Position numbers and translations under genes: made by a program
The notes under the pieces: model-generated
What the model was told of the DNA's origin: nothing
Database searches by the model: none
What the model saw: only the letters and a program-made list of their open reading frames with translations
In this document: one piece after another, positions 57,213 through 64,000 of the stretch
How the letters are laid out: each line of letters starts with the position of its first letter
Numbering within the stretch: position 1 is the first letter of the stretch
NCBI GenBank assembly: GCA_965261005.1
Contig: OZ253375.1
Span: 864,001 to 928,000 of the forward strand
Source of the DNA: Deinococcus sp.
Lineage (GTDB): Bacteria; Deinococcota; Deinococci; Deinococcales; Deinococcaceae
Direction: 5' to 3'
Length of the DNA: 64,000 bases

Positions 57213-58523
57213 CTACTTCCCCACGCAGAAGTTCGCGAACACGGCCTCCAAGACGTCCTCGCCCACGTCGCGCCCGCTGATCTCCGCGAGGGCGCGCAGC
57301 CCCTCTTCGAGTTCGTAGGCGGCCAGCTCGTCGGGCAAGCTGCGCGCGGCCCGCACGTGCGCCAGGGCGCGGCGGGCCGCGTCGGCCTGCCGCTCACCGG
57401 ACAGCCACACCTCGCCGCTCGCCGCGTCCCCCAGCAGCACGTCGCGCACGCGGCCGCGCAGCGCGGGCAAGCCGGCCCCGCTGGCTGCCGAGACCGGCAG
57501 GTAGGCCAGGTCCGTCCAAGCCGCCGGCAGATCGGCCTTGGTCCGCAGCCGCAGGGTGCGCCCCGGCGCGAAGTCGCCTTGCAAAACCTCCCTGGGCACG
57601 CTTCCGTCTTCGAGCGCCAGCACCAGGTCGGCCCCGGCCGCGAGTTCCCGCGCGCGCGCCACGCCCGCCGCCTCGACGGCGTCCCCCGTGTCGCGCAGAC
57701 CGGCGGTGTCCACAAAGGTGACCGGGACGCCCGCCAACTCGCCGCGCGCCTCCAGGTAGTCGCGGGTGGTACCCGGCGCCGGCGTGACGATGGCGCGCTC
57801 ATAACCGATCAAAGCGTTCAGCAAGCTCGACTTGCCCGCGTTGGGCCGGCCGATCAAGGCCAGCGTGGCCCCGCGCGCCGAGATGCGTCCCGCCCGGGCG
57901 CTGGCAAGCAAATCCTCCAACTCGCGCTGCGCCTCCAGCAGGGGCGCGTTCCGGTCCTCCTCGGGTACACCTTCCTCCGGGTAATCGAGCAGCGCCTGAA
58001 TGTTCGAGAGCGCCCGCGTGAGCCGCGCCCCGATGGCCTGGACGCGCCGTCCCAGCGCCCCCGCGAGGCCCAAGGTGGCCTGCCGCCGGGCCGCCTCCCC
58101 GGTCGCGTTGACCAAGCTGAGCACCGCCTCGGCCTGCGCGAGGTCGAGGCGGCCGTTCAGGTAGGCGCGTAGGGTGAACTCGCCGGGCCGGGCTGGGCGG
58201 GCGCCCAATTCCAGCGCGCGGCCGAGCAGGCGCGACAAGACCGCCGGCGAGCCGTGTGACTGAAGCTCCACCACGTCCTCGCCGGTATACGAGCGCGGCG
58301 CGCGGAAGATGAGCAGCAGCCCCTCGTCGAGCGTTTCGCCCGCCGCATCCACGAAGAGTCCGTGCAAAAAGCGCCCCCCCGGCGTGCCGCTCGGTCGCCT
58401 GCGCCCCTTAAACAAGGCGTCCGCGACGCCCAAGGCGCGCTCGCCGGAAAGGCGCACAACACCCACCGCCCCGGCGCCGGGGGCGGTGCTGATGGCGGCG
58501 ATGATGTCAGGGTCCAGGTGCAT
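57213..58523 (-). CDS. mnmE: tRNA modification GTPase
   Basis: [29 protein letters not shown]. Confidence 0.96.
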   Translation of the reverse strand: MHLDPDIIAAISTAPGAGAVGVVRLSGERALGVADALFKGRRRPSGTPGGRFLHGLFVDAAGETLDEGLLLIFRAPRSYTGEDVVELQSHGSPAVLSRLLGRALELGARPARPGEFTLRAYLNGRLDLAQAEAVLSLVNATGEAARRQATLGLAGALGRRVQAIGARLTRALSNIQALLDYPEEGVPEEDRNAPLLEAQRELEDLLASARAGRISARGATLALIGRPNAGKSSLLNALIGYERAIVTPAPGTTRDYLEARGELAGVPVTFVDTAGLRDTGDAVEAAGVARARELAAGADLVLALEDGSVPREVLQGDFAPGRTLRLRTKADLPAAWTDLAYLPVSAASGAGLPALRGRVRDVLLGDAASGEVWLSGERQADAARRALAHVRAARSLPDELAAYELEEGLRALAEISGRDVGEDVLEAVFANFCVGK

Positions 58524-58536
58524 TCAGACAGAATAC

Positions 58537-59100
58537 CTAAGCCCCACGCTTCCAGCGGCCCCGCCCGCCGCCGGGGCGGACCAGCTTGTGCTGGGCCTGC
58601 TCGGTGTCCCAGCGCAGCATCAGCGCGAGGCGCGAGCGCGACGTGACGTGGTGCGGGTGTTTGGGCACAAAGGCCGTCACGACGTCAAACCACTTGCCGT
58701 CCTCATGCAATTCGACCACCACGTGCAGCGGCAGCACGAAGCCCTGCGCCTCGAAGTAGCCGCAGACCAGCCAGCGGCGGTCCTCGGGATACACCGCGCG
58801 CACCCGGCCGCTGGTCAGCACGCAGACGATGTCCTGCTCCAAAAATCCCTCGGCGCGGGCGTGCTGCTGGGCGTGCGGCTTGACCTCGTAGTGGCCCTCC
58901 GAGACGGCGTCGCGCAACTTTTGGTGGGCGCGCGACAGCACGAAGTCGCGGGTGTCCACGCCCTCCAAGTCCACCTCGCGCTGGGGCGGCAGCGGCTTGC
59001 TGGCGGGTTTGGCGGGGACAGCCGGCGGCTTGCGGCGCGCCTCGCGTTCGGCGCGGGCAAGGCTGGATTGAAGGGTCAGAAGTGTGGGGTTTTTGCGCAC
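58537..59100 (-). CDS. DUF4258-domain protein
   Basis: GTG at 59100 after GGGAGG; PHA, YPED, LHVVV, VVTAFVP. Confidence 0.7.
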   Translation of the reverse strand: MRKNPTLLTLQSSLARAEREARRKPPAVPAKPASKPLPPQREVDLEGVDTRDFVLSRAHQKLRDAVSEGHYEVKPHAQQHARAEGFLEQDIVCVLTSGRVRAVYPEDRRWLVCGYFEAQGFVLPLHVVVELHEDGKWFDVVTAFVPKHPHHVTSRSRLALMLRWDTEQAQHKLVRPGGGRGRWKRGA

Positions 59101-59168
59101 GGCGGCCTCCCAAAAAGGAAAACCTCCCCACAAACACACGTGTGCTTGGAAGGGAGGGAACGGTCGCA

Positions 59169-59185
59169 CCCTGTTCAGGGCATAG
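59169..59185. promoter_or_regulatory. Candidate RDRM (DdrO operator)
   Basis: 17-mer CCCTGTTCAGGGCATAG just downstream of a minus-strand TAGACT (59194-59189). Confidence 0.45.
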
Positions 59186-59286
59186 CGCAGTCTATAAGAA
59201 GCGGGCGGGCCACAAATGAAAGCCCGTGAACGAAGGCGGGCATACAGGTCACACTGCAAGACCGGGCCGGACGCTAGCGTTGCCTT

Positions 59287-59562
59287 GTGAAGCAACCGAG
59301 GGAAAAGCTCGCCTACGCCGTTCTCAGGGACATTCCGGGCACCCGCGTGCAAGTCTGGGCCGTTGAACACTGTCCGCTGTGCGGCAAAAGCCACTACCAC
59401 AGCGCCGGCAACTTGCAAAGCGACCCACGCGCCAAGCTGGGCGAGGTGACGGCGCCGTGTCAGCCTGGGCGCGAGTACGTTCTGGTTCAGGCTCCAAAGG
59501 CGCGCAAGGCCAACGGCAAGCGGCGCAAGGGCAAGCGCGACCGCTGGGACGACGATTGGTAG
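59287..59562 (+). CDS. Small hypothetical protein with Cys/His cluster
   Basis: CPLC..H.H..C, basic C-terminus. Confidence 0.6.
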   Translation: MKQPREKLAYAVLRDIPGTRVQVWAVEHCPLCGKSHYHSAGNLQSDPRAKLGEVTAPCQPGREYVLVQAPKARKANGKRRKGKRDRWDDDW

Positions 59563-59571
59563 AGGCAACAG

Positions 59572-59599
59572 AAAAGCCCCCCACGTGTGTGGGGGGCTT
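59572..59599 (-). terminator. Terminator immediately downstream of 16S rRNA
   Basis: aagccccccac-loop-gtggggggctt with T-run on minus strand. Confidence 0.8.
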
Positions 59600-59634
59600 G
59601 AGGCGTACTTAGGAAGAGGGATAGGCGAGGAGGT

Positions 59635-61148
<1,514 letters not shown>

Positions 61149-61308
61149 TGGTTGAACCTTCAGTCCGTAGACCGTTGCTCACAACTGCTGGTCCTGCTCT
61201 TTCGCACCTCTGGAGACCTCTCGGCCCGGATGCCACACCCTGTCGGATGCACCCCTCGCTCGCTTCCTCTTCCCTTGTCATATGCCCCGCCTTCGAAAAG
61301 GCTTGGTT

Positions 61309-61337
61309 AATATATGGGCTAGGCGGGAATCTGTCAA
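61309..61337 (-). promoter_or_regulatory. Sigma70-type rRNA promoter
   Basis: TTGACA-17 bp-TATATT on minus strand. Confidence 0.75.
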
Positions 61338-61380
61338 GTCCCCCAACCGGGGTACCGGGTAAACGGGGTACGCTGGCTTC

Positions 61381-61708
61381 GTGACCGACGACCTCTACCC
61401 CATTGCCGACGAGCTGCGCGCCCTCGCCAACCTGGGCCTGCGCTACGCCGGGGACGTGTACGACCGGGAGCGCTACCGGCGCGTTCTCGAAAGTGCAGCT
61501 TTACCACGCCGTCCTCGCGGTCGAAAGCGGGCGGGAGCTTCCCGCCGGTGGGGGCATCACTCCCGGCGAGGTTACGGACGTGGGCTGGTTCGGCCGCGAC
61601 GAGCTGCCGCCGCTGCACCATGGCCACACCGTGATGGTGCCGGCCGTTTTCGAGCTGCTGTCGGGCGAGCGGAGCGTCCCCTACTTGGACTTGACGGAAC
61701 CAACCTGA
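61381..61708 (+). pseudogene. Internally deleted, frameshifted Nudix (Nudix_N-type) hydrolase
   Basis: ADELRALANLGLRYA.DVYDRERY in one frame; EVTDVGWFGRDELPPL in another; Nudix box missing. Confidence 0.7.
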
Positions 61709-62976
61709 CGGCCTGACAGATTTTATGAGGGTGAGCGAAAAACGAGCTTCCAGCCGACTTCGAGCGTGGTCAGTGGGGTAGGACGAGGGCGCTTTCGAGT
61801 CCCCAGCGGTTCAGGGTCAGGGCCACCCTGGAGGATCAGGCGGGTGAACACCGCCTGACCCCGGCTGAGGGCGTACTGAACGGCCCGTAGACCGATTTTG
61901 AGATAGCTCAATCCCCGCTGCCAGTGGGGATCAACCACTCGGCGAGCGCCGCTGTGTACGGTCTGAAGTCCCTCCGAGACGAGCAGAAGCGTAGCGACCG
62001 AGATGACCAAGACCAGCCGCTCCAGGCTGGCCACATCGCGAAGTTTGGCATCTTCCAGATCGAAGAGGCCGCTTTTCTCGTCCAGAAACCCCTCTTCGAT
62101 CTGGAAGCGTGCGCCGTACTCGGTAAACGTCTTCACGCTCGTCGGTTCGTCACTCACCACCTGCCACTGCTCTAGGCCGTCTGTCGGACGGCCCAGAGCG
62201 ACGTGAACGGAACCGAAGTGCTGTCCAGTCAAGGTGATGTTGTGAAAGCAACGGGTCTCTCTGGGCGAAAGTCGCACCTCACCCACCTTGCACAACCGCT
62301 GTCCATCTGGAGCAGCCAGAATCAAGCTCGATTTGATGCGGATGCGGTAATGCCAGCCGCAGACTCGGAGCCACGCCATCAGTTCCGTATCGCAGAACCC
62401 TCGATCGGCCAGCAGGCGAACTTGATGTAGGCCAAGGAAGTCGAGCATCCCCTTGACTTCGGCCAGCACGGGGAGCAGGTGGGCGGTGCTGACCTGGGCG
62501 CTGGAATGTTCAAGGACACGCGAGACCAGCGGAACTGCTCGTCCCCGAAAGAGCACCGAGACGCGGATCAGGCAAAACTTCTCGAACAGGACGCTGGTAT
62601 CCAGGGCCAGGATCAGGGGATGTCTGCCCCAGTCGCGGAGGGCACGGGTGATCAGCGGACCGTAAACACTGGTGGGATCAACGGCTGGATTCTCCAGCCA
62701 CCGACGAACTCGGCGTTCGCTGCTTTGCGCGAAGGTGGCACGAGAGTGGATGTGAGGGAGCCAAGCGGGGATAGAGCTGCGCTGGGAGAGCAGCAGGCCG
62801 CTGACCATCCAAGCGAGGGTACGCGCATTGCGGATGTCGTTCCAGAGAGCAGTCTGGAGCTGAGCGAGAACAGCTTGATAGAGTCGGGCAGCGTCCCCGC
62901 TGGCATTTTCGGTCTTCACAAACAGAAAGTGTCCCACAGCGGGGACGCTTTCTCATACTTTCTGTCAGGCCCTCAG
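61705..62976 (-). mobile_element. IS4-like insertion sequence, 1272 bp
   Basis: 16-bp IRs CTGACGGCCTGACAGA / TCTGTCAGGCCCTCAG (1 mismatch); 10-bp target duplication CGGAACCAAC at 61695-61704 and 62977-62986. Confidence 0.92.
61723..62937 (-). CDS. DDE transposase (IS4-like)
   Basis: [27 protein letters not shown] (Y-R-E-K signature). Confidence 0.9.
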   Translation of the reverse strand: MGHFLFVKTENASGDAARLYQAVLAQLQTALWNDIRNARTLAWMVSGLLLSQRSSIPAWLPHIHSRATFAQSSERRVRRWLENPAVDPTSVYGPLITRALRDWGRHPLILALDTSVLFEKFCLIRVSVLFRGRAVPLVSRVLEHSSAQVSTAHLLPVLAEVKGMLDFLGLHQVRLLADRGFCDTELMAWLRVCGWHYRIRIKSSLILAAPDGQRLCKVGEVRLSPRETRCFHNITLTGQHFGSVHVALGRPTDGLEQWQVVSDEPTSVKTFTEYGARFQIEEGFLDEKSGLFDLEDAKLRDVASLERLVLVISVATLLLVSEGLQTVHSGARRVVDPHWQRGLSYLKIGLRAVQYALSRGQAVFTRLILQGGPDPEPLGTRKRPRPTPLTTLEVGWKLVFRSPS

Positions 62977-63047
62977 CGGAACCAACTTAAAGCGCCGCTT
63001 CACGCGCTCACTACCCCGCGTCATCTTCGCCAGCTAAGCTACCCGTC

Positions 63048-63575
63048 ATGAGCAACCTGCGCGGATGGATGATTGTTTCGGCTTTGATGGTGGGCGGCTC
63101 GGCTTTGGCCCAGACGGCGACTCAGACGGGCTTGTCGCCGGTGGACGTGGCCTTTTTGGGCCAAGCGGCGATGTCCAACGCCTTCGAGATTCAGGCCGGT
63201 CAGCTGGCGGACCAGCAGGCCAACTCGGACGTGGCGCGCGGTTATGGTCAGGTGATGGTGCGCGACCACACCCGCCTTGGCAATCAGCTCGCCGAAGCGG
63301 TGCAAAAGGTCGCGCCCAACTTCGTCGTGCCGCAGCAGCTCGGCGGCAACTTCGGCGCCAAGCTGAGCGTGTTGCAAACGGCGGGCAGCAGCTTCGATCA
63401 GGTCTACCGCAACTCCATGTTCAGCAGCCACGAGGCGACCCTCAAGCTGTTTCAGAATTACGCGGCCAACCCGCGCGCCAACGCGACCATCAAGGCCGTG
63501 GTGCGGGGGGCCATCCCGGTGATTCAGCGGCACCTGTTGACCTCGTCGTCCATTCCGGTGCCGGGCAGCTTTTAA
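63048..63575 (+). CDS. Secreted DUF4142 ferritin-like protein
   Basis: Signal peptide, D.AFL..AA..N.FEI, MVRDH, FDQVY, H, HL. Confidence 0.85.
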   Translation: MSNLRGWMIVSALMVGGSALAQTATQTGLSPVDVAFLGQAAMSNAFEIQAGQLADQQANSDVARGYGQVMVRDHTRLGNQLAEAVQKVAPNFVVPQQLGGNFGAKLSVLQTAGSSFDQVYRNSMFSSHEATLKLFQNYAANPRANATIKAVVRGAIPVIQRHLLTSSSIPVPGSF

Positions 63576-64000
63576 ACGCTCTCGGTCATCACCTGGGCCG
63601 CCGCTTGGGGCCTCAGCATCTCCCCCACGTCGGGAGAGCGGATCACCTCGAAAAAGCTGTTGCGCTGCGCCGGCCTGAAGCCCGCCTCATGGGCGATGCG
63701 GACCAGCTCGCGCTCGGTGGCGCTGTGGCGCCCGTGGCCGCCCGCCGCCGAGACCACGTTTTCCTCCAGCATGGTGCTGCCGAGGTCCGAGGCGCCGTAG
63801 AAGAGGGCCGTCTGCGCGATTTTGAAGCCCTGCGCCGGCCACGACGCCTGGATGTTGGGCTGGTTGTCGAGGGCGATGCGCGCCACCGCCAATTGCTGAA
63901 GATACTCGTAGGCGCTGGCGCCCGGCGCCTTGCCGGCCAGGCGGGTGTGCTCTGTTTGCAAGGACCACATGGCGAAGCCCGCAAAGCCGTTGCCGTGGGT
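63572..64000 (-). CDS. mqnC: Cyclic dehypoxanthinyl futalosine synthase (5' truncated by window edge)
   Basis: NIQASW, GASDLGSTMLEENVVSAAG, PAQRN. Confidence 0.85.
   Translation of the reverse strand, partial: THGNGFAGFAMWSLQTEHTRLAGKAPGASAYEYLQQLAVARIALDNQPNIQASWPAQGFKIAQTALFYGASDLGSTMLEENVVSAAGGHGRHSATERELVRIAHEAGFRPAQRNSFFEVIRSPDVGEMLRPQAAAQVMTESV

Noticed and set aside
55811..57802. 663-aa ORF as a glmM fusion
   Set aside because: The upstream extension is an alternative frame overlapping mnmE; the real start is ATG 57157.

Overview
GC-rich chromosomal window from a Deinococcus-type bacterium (Deinococcota). This is inferred from the 16S rRNA, a Deinococcus SNR/SRE-like repeat, many leaderless TANNNT-N5-7-start promoters and the futalosine menaquinone pathway. 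Most of the window is housekeeping: the end of a ccm cytochrome c maturation operon, tdh, a cytochrome bc operon, hisC, plsY, bshB1, tRNA-Asn, accDA, pdp, era, pilD, mdh, rplS, lipBA, rimO, rbfA, glmM, mnmE, a stand-alone 16S rRNA and mqnC. Accessory elements are: (1) a lower-GC single-ORF fusion of an N6-adenine methyltransferase and a BsuBI/PstI-family endonuclease, with an internal SD+ATG, alongside apparent window-wide avoidance of CTGCAG; (2) an IS66-family and an IS4-like element, both with intact IRs and target duplications; (3) a DUF559 nuclease gene bracketed by inverted copies of a palindromic repeat that also occurs solo twice elsewhere, a REP/RAYT-like arrangement with a different nuclease and my top candidate for an undescribed system; (4) a GTAG REP doublet; (5) a candidate leader-peptide attenuator upstream of an ABC exporter/GNAT operon; (6) a candidate DdrO (RDRM) box with a terminator-containing leader; (7) decayed higA-like and Nudix genes. 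All calls come from reading the sequence by eye; no database searches were run.
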